Of a stretch of 64,000 nucleotides of DNA, positions 12,466 through 24,560 are shown in pieces. How positions within the stretch are numbered: position 1 is the stretch's first letter; every line of letters begins with the position of its first letter. Made by a program: the position numbers and the translations under genes. The stretch lies in assembly GCF_038025025.1 (NCBI RefSeq), contig NW_027117342.1:1674001-1738000 (forward strand), written 5' to 3'. The notes beneath the pieces were generated by a model. The model was not told where the DNA came from, did no database searches, and saw only the letters and a list, made by a program, of their open reading frames with translations. The stretch is from Phyllosticta citribraziliensis. Lineage: Eukaryota.

Positions 12466-13153
12466 GGCGTTGATGTGGAATGACTTGTCGAGTCTCAGAG
12501 GTTGGCGGATGAGCAGATGGTCTGAAAATAGGTCGGCAACGGAAGAAGGTTGTTTTTAGGAGAGATGGTTTGACCCTGGTGCCCGACAGCGTGGGAGGAC
12601 CCTTTTAACCTTCTTGTCTGGATATCTGATGCTCTATCCTTCGACCATGGCAGCCAATCACGCGTCGCCTGTTGTCAGCAGTGGCAATACGAACGTATGA
12701 TCGAGAACCAACACCTCGTAGCACGGTTCGCACTGCATTCCTCATTGCGGCCTCAATTGTTCTTCGCTTATTTGGGAGCTCGTTGATTCGTTGTTTGCTA
12801 CAGGTTCTTGTTTTCGCGGTCCGCCTGTCTTGATTCCGTCTGATTCTCGACCACGCCCAAAGCGACTAGTTGTGCCGTTTATCTTGCACTAGCAATTCAG
12901 TCGTAGGCTCCTACATATTTCTGACTGGAACAAGCTCGAACGTTTTTTCTGTTCTCGACCGTTTGAAAGATTCTTTGCCTTCTGTTTGCTTTCTAGTAGT
13001 AACAGACTGTTCCCTCTATTAGCCGTCTTTTCTCTTGTGTATATGATGACCATCACCAACAAAACTCATTGTCCATCATGCCGTGCAAGATGTCCCTGTC
13101 ATGTGAAATCCAGCGCAATGGCTCTTCAATCACGCGAATTCTGCCAACTCTTT

Positions 13154-14086
13154 CTAGGGACCATCTGCCGCCTCAATTGCAGCCAGCTCTCCTTCATCCA
13201 CCTCTTTGCCATCCAAGCACCCAGCCAACAATCTCAACACACGCACCTGGGCCACAAGAAACCTTTGCAAAACGCCACTGACCTGCGTCGGAAATTCGCA
13301 GCGAATCCAGTCCTCGAGCCCGTCAAAGCCCTCGTCAAGCTCAAAACGCACGCGGTGCCTCGACTGCATAAACCACTTTGCCGCGAGGCAACGCCGCATC
13401 TGCGCCACAAAGTGCCGCTCAAACTCAAACGTGCCAATGACGCTGGGCACCATGACAAGGCTGAGCTCGACGCCGCTGCTGCCACCACCACTGCCCAAAC
13501 CGACGCCAAACTCATCGAGCACATCGTACAGCGCGCCAACGTGACCCAGCGGCCGCAGCTCAATGACAGCGATACGGCGCAAACGGGCGCGCTGCGCCGG
13601 ACTCGTGCGCGACAGGAAGCTGCGCACGCGCGCAGCGATGGGCTTGGCCACCATGTCGTCGCGCGGGCTGGCGGGCTCCTCGCTGAACTCCGTGTCCCAG
13701 CGGTTGAAGTACTTGCGGTAGTTGGGCCGCGGGATGCGCCCGCGCGTGCTGAGGTGCAGGTTGTCGAAGATGACGGCGTTGCTAGAAAGCGGCAGGAACG
13801 CTGTTTCGTTGCGCAGCTGCCGATTCACGCGTCGGATGGCCCAGAAGTCTTGGTCTTGCTCTGCTGCTGCGGGGGCCTCTTGGTCATGGTTGCTGCTCTC
13901 TTGCGGTGAGAAGGACCCCGGCGATGGAGGGCCCGATGGCGTGGAGCAGCTGATGCTGGCGGGGATCAGACGTCCCGTCCCATATTCGTAGCGGAGTCCA
14001 ACTGGGTCGCTGAAGACGTTTGTGTAGATGATGTCCCGTAGCTCGCGCGGAAGGCTCAAGAGTGGGGAGGCTGACGGAGGCGCCAT
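13154..14086 (-). CDS. Hypothetical protein, 310 aa, with an N-terminal F-box-like helix motif
   Basis: LLSLPRELRDIIYTNVF followed later by AIRRVNRQLRNET, the typical paired motifs of ascomycete F-box-like hypotheticals. Confidence 0.7.
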   Translation of the reverse strand: MAPPSASPLLSLPRELRDIIYTNVFSDPVGLRYEYGTGRLIPASISCSTPSGPPSPGSFSPQESSNHDQEAPAAAEQDQDFWAIRRVNRQLRNETAFLPLSSNAVIFDNLHLSTRGRIPRPNYRKYFNRWDTEFSEEPASPRDDMVAKPIAARVRSFLSRTSPAQRARLRRIAVIELRPLGHVGALYDVLDEFGVGLGSGGGSSGVELSLVMVPSVIGTFEFERHFVAQMRRCLAAKWFMQSRHRVRFELDEGFDGLEDWIRCEFPTQVSGVLQRFLVAQVRVLRLLAGCLDGKEVDEGELAAIEAADGP

Positions 14087-14765
14087 TTCGGCATCCTAGC
14101 TTCTCCTTGGAGTCGCACGTTGAAGGGGAGAGGAACTCTTTTGTCAAAGAGGGTCGATGGATGTGGATCGAGAGAAGAAGCAATGATGTGAAGGTTATGC
14201 ATATGCAGTCCGTTTGAGGACGGAAGGCCGTCGTCACGGCAGGTTGCCACGCGAATCACATGACCCTCTTCGTCCTTGCCGGATTGGGACATTGGAAAAG
14301 TGTGTAACTGACCGGGGTGACATATTGGCCATTGCCCCTTCGAGCGTCATCTTTCCAAGGTGATATATGTACTTCTCCTGCCTTTGCTGTCTCTTTCAAT
14401 CAACTGTTCGTCTCCGCTGTCCTCTAGTAAAGGAACAACTTATTCTCTTAATTCACAAGTATCTGTTAATCATTGCGGTCTTTTATCCAAGCAAAGTGCA
14501 GCATCTTTTGGCAGTCAGTTTCCCAGTGGCAGGTCCTTTTTTCACAATCATCATCTTAACGAGTCAGCACAGTCGCCAGCCTCCCCCCTGGAGCCGAATA
14601 GTATATCACTATCAATGCATAGCTGAGGAGTGCCGGCCAATGTGCGATTACTAACCAAATTATAAGCTAATGGTAGAAAATGTCTAATCTTAATTTGTAG
14701 CACGTTCGTGAGACGGTCATCAAGTCTTACTCTGCCACCCATATCCTTTCTTTCGGCATCTCCTC

Positions 14766-16982
14766 CTACCACTCCTTTTGGAACCGCCTGTCTGTCCGCA
14801 CCCTCTCGCCCCAGCCGTAGAACCACCAAAGAACGGGTGCTAGGGCGAGCGCCAGGAATCCCAGCAGAGTATTTCCCCAACCCAATCCCATAGCGTCGTA
14901 CATATCGAGGCCGCAGAGCGGCAGTAACGCACCCAAGATGCACCTGAGGACCGTATTCGCCGCATTTGCGCTCGCGGCGTAGCGCGTAAAGGCGTCGACA
15001 AGGTACGTCTGAATACAAATGAAGACGACAATCATGCCCATGCTGGCGACAGCAGTGCCGAGCATGGGGACGATCCAATGGACCTGCTTCTCGGCGCTCC
15101 AGCCGTATATGAACAGGCCGGCGGGCAGCAGCAAGCTAGCGGGGACGGTGATGCGCAAGTCGAGGCGGTCCTCGGGGCGGATGGCGATGCCGGCTGCCAT
15201 CTTGCGTCGCAGGATGCCGTCCGACGCCTTGCCCACGGCCGCCAGCCCAAGCAACGACCCGATGCCGCTGCCCAGGTACGAAAGCCCCGCCGACGACGTG
15301 CTGAAGCCGTACTGGCCTTCGAATACGAACGTGTACGTCGTGAAGAGGATGTAGAGGATACCGTACGCGAGTGCGGTGTAGACGCACATGAAGGCGAGCA
15401 CGGGCGAGAATATTGCCATGCGTGTTGGCCGGATGACTGTGCTGCGCCAGAGCTGCTTGGTCGTTTGACCTGTCGACAGCGCCGAGCGGTGCCGGGGGTC
15501 CGCAGTTGTCTTGCGAAGGCGCGCAGCTCGGCGTTCGAGGAGCAGTGGCGGGTACGTTTCGCGGAGGACAAAGTAAGCTGCGAATGTGGCGAAGCCGGAC
15601 TTTGAGGTTGTTAGAAGCGCTGGTGACATGGAGAGGGGTAGGTGCATCAGGGGGTAACGTACAATGATAGAGATGATCCAAAACACCCAGCGCCAGCCCT
15701 TGTCCTCGATCAAAAAGCCACCGGCAATAGGACCAACGGTTGGCCCAATCAACGGTCCCATGGCCCAAATGGCCATGGCAGCGCCGCGTCGTTCGGGAGG
15801 CATCATGTCGGAGATGGAGCCGCCGCCGTTGGTCACTGACCCGACGCCCGTGACGCCGGCAAAGAAGCGGTACGCGACAAGGGCGCCCATGCTGTCGGCA
15901 CGCGCGCAAAGGATGTTGAAAACGGTGAAGCCCACGTTGGTCGCGTGGTACACGGGGTTGCGGCCGTACATTTCGCTCAGTGGGCCCACAACCAATGGCC
16001 CACACGCGAATCCCAGCACGAAGACGGATACGACAAAAGTTGCCATCGTATTAGAAGTGGTTCCAAACTCTTTCATCACGTCGGGGACGCCCGGCGCGAA
16101 CATGGATGATGCGAGAGGCCTGTGAGATGACGAGGTTTAGCATGCGTTGAATGTTTCGGAACTTCTTTTGTTGTGTTGTACAACTTACGTTAAGAACGTC
16201 ATGAACGATATCATGCCAATGATGCTCCACTTATCTCTGTCCCGCCAGTTCAGCGGTTTCTCTGGGTCATTTGGCTCCCAATCCACGACAAAGGGGTCTT
16301 GGTGTTCGGTCTTTCCCTCTTCCTCGCCGAGCTCGATGGTTCCTGATTCCAGGTCCTTATTCGACTTTTCGTTGAATGTTGACGTGGACGGCTCAGTGTG
16401 CACGCTCTGTTGGCTTCTTGCAGATTGCCAGCCATCGTGGTTGGGAACTGCGCTGCGTTCTTGCTCTCGTCTAGTTGCTGTTTGAGATTCTGGACTGACA
16501 TTCCCTCCAGCGCGTTCCGCAGATCCATTTTGCGCCTGGGCTTGCGGATCTGACTGCGATATGGCCAGGTCCCCGTGTCTTTCTGATGGCGTCGATGTCG
16601 TTCCCGTCGACGGAGGTGAAGCACCACTTTCTTTCCAGTCTCTTATGTCCGCCTGCGCTGACAACGGGCTCGAGTCTACTGTGGATTGGTAGGTTGGAAG
16701 CTCTTCTTTGTGCTCATTTTCAGAGATGGCAGGCAGGACATGTGGTTCGTCCGGGATGGTTACCAAACGCTGCTCCTCCTCATTGGTACTGGTTACAGTG
16801 GCGGACGATGAGCTTCCATCGCTTGACGGGACATCGGTGGGGTTTGAAGTGTCTGGCGCTTTGAGTGGATTCGAAGCTGGATCTGAACTGCTTGTCTCCT
16901 GACATGGAGAAGATTCCGCATCATGATTTTGTTGTTCGATGTCTACCGGAGTGGCCTGACGGTCCTGTTGGTGGTCTGCCAT
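14766..16982 (-). CDS. MFS transporter, drug:H+ antiporter 1 (DHA1) family, about 694 aa; exons 16982-16189, 16119-15663, 15599-14766
   Basis: VDWEPNDPEKPLNW, TPLASSMFAPG, GPLSEMYGRNPVY (motif A), GPTVGPIAGGF, WRWVFW, ETYPP and PEDRL motifs. Introns 16188-16120 and 15662-15600 are GT-AG. Confidence 0.93.
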
Positions 16983-19317
16983 ATCTGGCCGAAAATGCAG
17001 TGTTGCAACAAGCTGCTTTTGAAAACGAAATCTGATTCGAGGATCCGGGACTAGGAAGTTTAGTTTATCAAGGAGGGAAGCACCTCTTAAATCTAAAACT
17101 CATGCCGTGCTCAAGTCAGGCTAGCCTGTTTGCCTGGAGACCGAAGCTCATCGGGGCGCGGCTGTGGATTGTTTTCTTCCCGTGTGTAGATGACGTTGCT
17201 CACCAACGGCCTATTTCTTCCGGATGACAGCATTTCCGGGAACGAAACTATGGGTTCCGAGGCAGACGTCGGATTGCAAGAATCATTACGCCCAGCAACA
17301 GCTCAACAAACCGCAGTTGAATGACAAGGTCGGATAAAGGCCAAGAACATCGTATAGGACGAAACCGTTGTGGCCCATCTCGAATGCGCTCGTATTCGCA
17401 AACTATCCGAGGAGTTGCGGTTCGGGTTCGGTCGAGAATAAGAACGATTTTTGCGGAGTGGCTGCAGACGGTTACGGCCGGATGTGATGTGTTCTTGTAG
17501 AGTCGTCGTCCGTAGCGTCGGTGCATGAAGCCGTTGGTAGATCAATTGCTTTAGTTTCAATGGTTTTGTTACCATCTGTCTGATTATCAGGAGAATGTGC
17601 AATGAATAGGCGCATGTGATGCATGGAAAGGAATTGCGGACTAAAAGTGGGTGCTCCCGGCCGCTAACGTGCGCTCTAAATTGAACCAGGTCCATGGGAC
17701 TACCACGTTCGTCTGGACTGGGTTGACCGTGGCGTATGAATGGACAGTTTCCAATAAAGAAACAGAACTCGGATCGAGGCAGCCGCACCTAAGTCTTGTA
17801 GTTACCATGAAAGTTGCCCAGCCTGTGCGAAGATGGATCTCGAATCATGTTCTTGAATACTGTGGCTGTTGCGAGTCGACACGCATTGAGAAAAACTTGA
17901 GACACAGCCACAATGTGAAAGGTTCTGTGGATTTACAAGACCCTTATGATACTAAGGCGCCGCCCCACTTGCGGGGTGATTTTCGTCTAACCGACTGTGC
18001 AGGAGAACCCAGTCGCCCGGCCTTGGAAACAACGTCTGGAAATGAGGAGCGCTCGAGTCCACGCCCTTCGTCATGAGCACAATTTCAACCCTCGTGGACA
18101 GATTTTGCGAGTTTTGAAGACGAATGCTCCCGAAAGACACGCCAGAGATGGGATGAGCAACTCTAGAGGGAAACTTTCAGCCTGAGACTGAACTTTTGTA
18201 AGTCAATAGACTGGGTGCTAAAATCCATCGGCTGACGTGGACCTTTACAGTCGGCGTCGAGACAGGACGTGATCATGTGTAGACGCGCCTTGCAGATGAG
18301 GCGCGGGAAAACAAGAAAGCCGACGCACGTTTAAACGCCAAGTCAACTGGAATCCTCTGCTCGGTTGTCAAAGTGATGACGTTCAAGACAGCTCGACAGG
18401 CCTGGAAGACGACAAGTCGAAATTGGTCAGCCTGAGCGGAGAAAACTGCGGGGCCTGTCAGCATTTGGCGTGGACAACAACAGCAACGGGCGCGAAAAGA
18501 TGAGGCGGAAGAGTTGCGGCGAGGGCGATGTTGGGCCGCCTTTATATTCAACCTCAGTCCACAGGCCAAGCGGGATCCACGTTGCGCGGGTCGATCGCGG
18601 GTGTGGTCTGTTCACCAACGTCATTGGCATTGCGGAGGGCAGATGAAGCTGATGGCGTCGTACGTGTCGATGCGAGGGAGCTTCGAGATGAAGACGAGTG
18701 GAGGTCGGTGGCTGGGGGCGACTGCGGGTCGTCGGGCGTTGCTGCGCGCAACGCCGTCGCCAGCGCCAACGCCTCCCATCATGGCCTCTCCCCCATCGTC
18801 CCATTGTCGTCCAAAAGCACTTCGCCACATTCCAAACCCTCCTCCTCCTCCTCCTGAATGCCCGACTTTTTGGCAATTGACTGATCTGAGCCCGCCTGAG
18901 CCTGAAGCTGTGCACCGCCGCATCCTAGCCTTCGTCGGGCATGCTTCTCCGCGACCATCCCAGCAATAGCTTGCGCCTCTCGCCCACCACACCTTAAGCG
19001 CTGGGCACCACCACCTGGCTCGCTCTCACGCTGCCCTCGCGCTGCCACGACCGTCACGATTTGCTGCCTCTCCATTCTTCTTGTACAGTTCACTTTCGTT
19101 TGCTTGCAAGCGCAACTGGTTTGCTGGAAGACTTGATAGCATTCTCATCATCATCAGCATAAGCTTCGGCGCAAACCCCCCATGTTTTGAATCTTCGTTC
19201 GTCCCGTTTGTCAAATACCTCGCCACACCCAAGCAGCAAGGCAAAGGAAAAAGCTGCTCTCCATCAGCATCATCACCACCATCTGGCAACGACACTCGAC
19301 ATTGTCATTAAGCCACC

Positions 19318-22300
19318 ATGTCGACCAACGGGCTGAGCCAACCCGGCAGCAGCACCTATTCGTCCAACTCCATGTACGTGGGCGATGGAACCTGGGATTC
19401 GGAACGCAACACATTCCTGCTGCCGAATCTCATGGGTCTCAATTTCGACACAATGCGCTACAATGGTGAGTGCTCCGTCCCGTCCCTCAAAATTCAATTT
19501 CCCACTCCGCAATCAACCAAGCGTGCATTCCACTGACCGCCACGCGTCACAACAGGCATGGGAAACCGCTTCCGCGAGCTCTCGGGCTACAAGTCGCTGG
19601 TCACCGGGCACGCCATCGTCGCCGCCATCACATTCCTGGCCGTGGTCCCTGCAGCCATCTTTTTTGCGCGCTTCTACCACCGTAATCCGCGCCTCGCCCT
19701 GCGCATGCACATTTGGCTGCAGATATTGACGGTGCTGCTCACGACCGTCGTCTTCACACTGGGCTGGTTTGCCGTGGGCGGTGCGCGTAGTTTGACAAAT
19801 CCGCACCATGGCATTGGACTGGCAATATACGTGCTGGTTCTGGTCCAAGCAATTGGCGGCGCCCTGATACACCGTATCGAAAAGGGAAAGGAGCGCTTGA
19901 AAATTCCGCTGAAGCTGATGGTTGGTCATGTTCCTGCCTGCTTGCTCACTCATCAGCCACTAACTTTCAGCAGATGCATCAGTGGATGGGCCGTGCCATA
20001 GCCCTGCTCGGCTTCGTCCAGGTTCCGCTCGGCTTGACTCTCTACGGTTCTCCTGCTTACTTCTTCGTCCTCTACGCACTTTGGGGCGCCTTTCTCCTGC
20101 TCCTCTATTTCATCCTCACCTACCGCAACCTACCCGTGGGAGCATTTGACGACGACGGAACTTACATCTCGTACGCGACGGAGAGCACAGACGAGGGCCG
20201 CAGTCGCCGAAGCCGAAGCCGACTGGGAGCCCTTGCAACGGCGGGAGCAGCAGGCGCCGGATTGGCAGCGCTGCGGCGACGGTCCAAGAGCAGAAAACGG
20301 GAGCGGGAGGCCGAGTCGGCCATTGACAGGGAGAATATGCGGGAACGCCGTAGCTCCAGGAGCAGAGACAGAAGAGCCGCTGCAAGTGGCCGATCGAGCT
20401 CATATCTCGAAGAGGAAAAGTTCTACGAGGAGCCGCCCAAGCAGCACACCTGGCGCAATCGTATCCTGACCGGAGCAGCTACAATTGGTGCAATCGCGGC
20501 GGCAAAGAACATCTTTGGCAAGAAGAAGACGCCCGAGGAGAGCGACGTTGGCAGCGGGTACTCATATCCGTCTCAAGGGCGGCACCGTGTCAGCCAGACA
20601 GACATTAGCCGCGTGGAGGAGGGACGCGTGCCAGCATCGCCCATGACACCAGGGGACCGATACCGTCGCATCCAAGAGAGCGAGGTGGCTGGCGGCTCTG
20701 CGCTCACCGGAAGTCTACCTCCTCGACGGCCGCATGCACGCACGCGGCGTAGCGGCGGGTCCATCGACTCATACGACAGCCGCGACAGCTACGACTCTGT
20801 CGAAGAGACGGAGACGCGACCAGGGGCGGCAGGCGGTGGTAAAGAAAAGAGCCACAAGGCGCGCAACGGGCTGCTAGCCCTTGGGTTAATTGGCTTCATA
20901 AAGCACAAGATGAACCAGCGGCGCGATCGCAGGGAGGAAGACCGCGTGGCGCGGCTGCGCGAGGAAGAGGTCGAGCAAGAGCGCCTGGCGCGTGCAGACA
21001 GCCAGCGCCGCAAGTATACGGGCGACGGCTTTGAGCCGTACACGCCTACGTCGCCTCGCTCGCGCAGAGGCAGCCGCCGCATCTCGTCGTCCCACGGCGT
21101 CGACGACCACTTGGTCCATCATGGCTCCAACCCTGAGCTGGCGCGGCAGACGTACCCGCCTCGTCCCCCACCGCAACACGCAGGAGCGTCGACTTCGACT
21201 ACCGGCATGATGGCGTCGCGCATCGACACTGTCGGCGAAGGCTCTCACCCTTCAACCGGCTTCGTGCCACCTCCCCCTGGCGGTGCCGCCCCCCACGACC
21301 CCTTGCCACTTGGCCGAGGAGGCCCCTTGGGCCCTGCTGCTCCCATCAACGACAGCACGTCCTACTCGTCATCACCCCTCACCTCACCAACTCGCGACGC
21401 AGCATCACGGCGCCACGGAGGCCGCAAGCGGCGCTCAGCCGCCGCGCTCGCTGGGACAGGTGCGGCCATTGGGGCCGCTGCGCTGGCGGCGCGGGCATCT
21501 CGATCTCATTCCCGCTCCGGCTCGCGGTCGCGGTCGAGGTCAGGAGGTCGCCGGAGGCGCCAGGAGCAGGACGACCCGCTCAGCTCGCCGCCCGTCAGCG
21601 TCAAGGTCAAGATGCACAAAGACGGACGACATGTGACACTGCGGCGACTGAACGAGCAAGAGGCGGCCGAGGAGCGCGAAGCGCGCCGGCGCGAGCGGCG
21701 AGGAGAGAGCGCTGGTGGTGGAGGGATGGCAGGCAAGAGCAGTACTGGACGCAGTCGGCGGGCCAGCACGCTCAGCGACGTGTCGGGCAGCGAGGATCGA
21801 TGGCGGCGACGCAGTGCTGCCATGGCCGGTGCCGCCGGAGGTCCAGAAGAAATGGACATCAAGGCGAGAGCTGCGGCCATTGCAAAGGAGATTGACATTG
21901 AGCACGAAGCGGCCAACGTCCAACCACCGCCACCACCAGCAGGTCCACCTCCTCCACCTCATCAACAACAGCAGCAGCAGGCGCCGCAGTACATGGCTCC
22001 CTATCCCATGCCTGGTCCGCCGCCCGGCCCGCCGCCGCCTCTGCAGCAGCAGCAGCAGCAGCCATATCAATACCCGCAGCAGGGTCTCCAGCCTCCGCAC
22101 ACGCCGTTCAACAACCCGAACCCCAAGCCCTTCCACGACAGCAGCATTTCGCCGCCGCAGATGCCGCCGCCCGGCATGGGCTCGGCCATGGGCGTTGGCA
22201 GTGGCATGGGCAGCCCGTACGAGACGGGTCCCAGTGATATGAGCGCCAACTACGACAGCAACAGGCGACGCAGGCGCATGGAGCGCGCGGCGCAGGCGGC

Positions 22301-22340
22301 GAGGGGTAGGGGCAGCGGGAGCAGGGTTGAGTTTACTTGA
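19318..22340 (+). CDS. Cytochrome b561-domain membrane protein with a long low-complexity C-terminal tail, about 959 aa; exons 19318-19465, 19556-19920, 19974-22340
   Basis: Four candidate heme-ligand His residues in transmembrane helices (TGHAI, RMHIWLQ, NPHHGIG, MHQWMGR). Introns 19466-19555 and 19921-19973. The tail is Arg/Ser-, Pro- and Gln-rich. Confidence 0.85.
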
Positions 22341-24537
22341 GGAAGGGGGTGAAAGGGGCTGAGGATGGAAGCTGTGTTGGCTGCAGATGCAGGATGGATG
22401 AAATGAAGACGAGCTAAATATGACGGAGCGAAGGAAAAGAAAGCTGACGAGGGCGTGGGAAAGCGGTCTAGGACCAAACATAATGCATTGAACGGCCCAT
22501 GGATAGGTGCTTAGTTCGATGATTGACATGCATGGGGTGGCGTTGGGTCAGGGCTGATGGTGGCCTTTTCGGTGCTCTTGCTTGCAGAATGTTGGACGAG
22601 AGAGAGGAAGGAGGCATTTCCCCCATTTTTGCCTTTTTCTGTGTACATAGGTATGGATAGAGCTTGATCGAAGCAGGAGGTCAAGTGCTGAATGAATCAA
22701 GCTTCCTCACCGCGCGTCCGGGAAATCGATGGAGGAGTGAACAATGAAAAGGGAGAAAGAGCTGGCGTACCTACCGACCTACCTTGTTCCGGAGTGGAGT
22801 CTTGGGTGAATTTGTCGGTCTTCGTTTCCCTGACCGCATGTCCTCGACTTTGCACACTCAATGCTGCCTGTTCGTGGTTGCAGTTGATTCTTAGAACTTA
22901 GGATGCCAATTTCCCACTGCAGCAGGTGGGTATTTGAAGAGACAACGGCAGGCATGATATGGAAAAGATGGCGTCCAAAGGCCACGCACGACATCCGGTG
23001 GGACGGCGCAAAATATAATCGGTCTCCACCACGGTGCTCTAAAATAGTCCCGGCCGGGTGCGGGCCGAGCCACGCATGGTGGATGCATGGATAGTGCCCG
23101 GTTTGTGGAGATGACCATCCACCACCTCCCAGAGCAGATCCCCGAAGAAGGCAGATACGGCAGCACCATTGAATGGCCGAGGCGGACGTGTGAATGTCGG
23201 CGGTGGGATTTTGCCGAATATAAAGTTCTTCAGGTACGGAACGGGTGGCGTGGCGGGTATGCATGGACGCGGCTGTATTGTGGAGTCGTTTGTTTGATGT
23301 TCCCCTGGACAGCAAATCAGTTTGACCGCCGGCCAGAAGCGTACCGAGTGAACAGGTTGCTGAGATTTCGGGCTACGGGTCTGGTTCCCTGGGGGAGTTG
23401 CCACTGCGTTTGCCGGGGCGTTGATTGATCTGCTGAATCCAGTCCTTGGCGGTAGACTTTTGCCATTTGTTGCTTTGGTCCATACAACTCAAAGTTGCGG
23501 CAATGCTGGAGGAATAAAAGTGCAAAACGCACGCCAGTGATATGGAAAGGTCGGATTGTCGCATCGAGGCTTTTGGTTTTTCCCAATCGGAATCCAGGCG
23601 CCATAACCGTTGCCATGGCAAGGTTGTGATGCAATGGGAGACAGAAGGCGGGACTCGGGAGGTAGCCTTTGGACAGCATTCGGACCACGGGGAAGACGGA
23701 CCGCGGCCATGCACGGCTATATTGTGGAGTCTATCTGGCTGCGAGGTTTCGGTTCATGCCCGTCGTGTGCAGGATGCGCCCAAATGGGCACCAACGTAAC
23801 GGACCGGGCCGGAGCAAAGGTCCTTCTTCGCACCCCGTCTGGCTTTTGGTGCTCCCTCGGTGTGGTATCACGCCGGTGAAATATCCATGGCGCAGCTCCT
23901 CCTACTCGTTCAGGGACCATTTTCTGGCCGCCGGTGCTGATGTCCCGAATCTGGGGTTCATTCTGTGCGTAGCGGCCGGAGATCAGCTTTGATGTGTCCG
24001 GGGCAAACGTTCTGGATCGTGTGGCTCAAGGTTTGCCAGAACATGGTCGCAGTGTTGAGATGCTGCACTGGACATGGATTTCAGTTTTTAGCTGATGCGT
24101 TTTTGTTTACAGGTCCTACAAGAAACAGGTTGAAGGGTTGGTTTCTTGTGTGGAACCACGTCGATGTCTGGGAAGCTCGCCAGAAGGGTCAAGCGGCGTG
24201 GATTTCCATATGGACGGTAACTCGTGGTCCAGCGAATGGATCTCGACAAGCAATCTCACCCGGCCTGTTGGTTCGAAGCCGGCAGAAGAGTCCAGGAGGC
24301 GGAAGAACTTCCTGGTGCGGAATGTGACGAGGCTGGTGTGGCGGGCGGCGGCGAGATGTGGCCGTGTCGTTCGCGATCCGGATGAAGGGCCGAGGTACCG
24401 AAGACGGCGCCGATGATGTGCAGCAGTGCAGCGAGCGCGAACGCAGGGCCTCGGTGCGGCTTCCGAGCTGCAGTGCGACGTTCCGGCTCGGGGACTGAGG
24501 AAGGGCGAGGTCGACGCCCATGTGCGCGAGGAAAGGG

Positions 24538-24560
24538 GCTGCGCTGCGCTGCGCTGCGCT
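24538..24560. repeat. (GCTGC)n pentanucleotide repeat
   Basis: Tandem copies are visible. Similar short repeats (ACACG)n near 25355-25374 and (GTAG)n near 25990-26004 lie in the same long upstream region. Confidence 0.8.

Noticed and set aside
12466..12950. Ace1/AceA-type copper-response elements in the metallothionein promoter
   Set aside because: GCTG cores are present, but none matched the full HTHNNGCTGD pattern on inspection.
12986..13909. 307-aa plus-strand ORF
   Set aside because: It starts with TTG and is antisense to the minus-strand ORF carrying recognisable F-box-like motifs.
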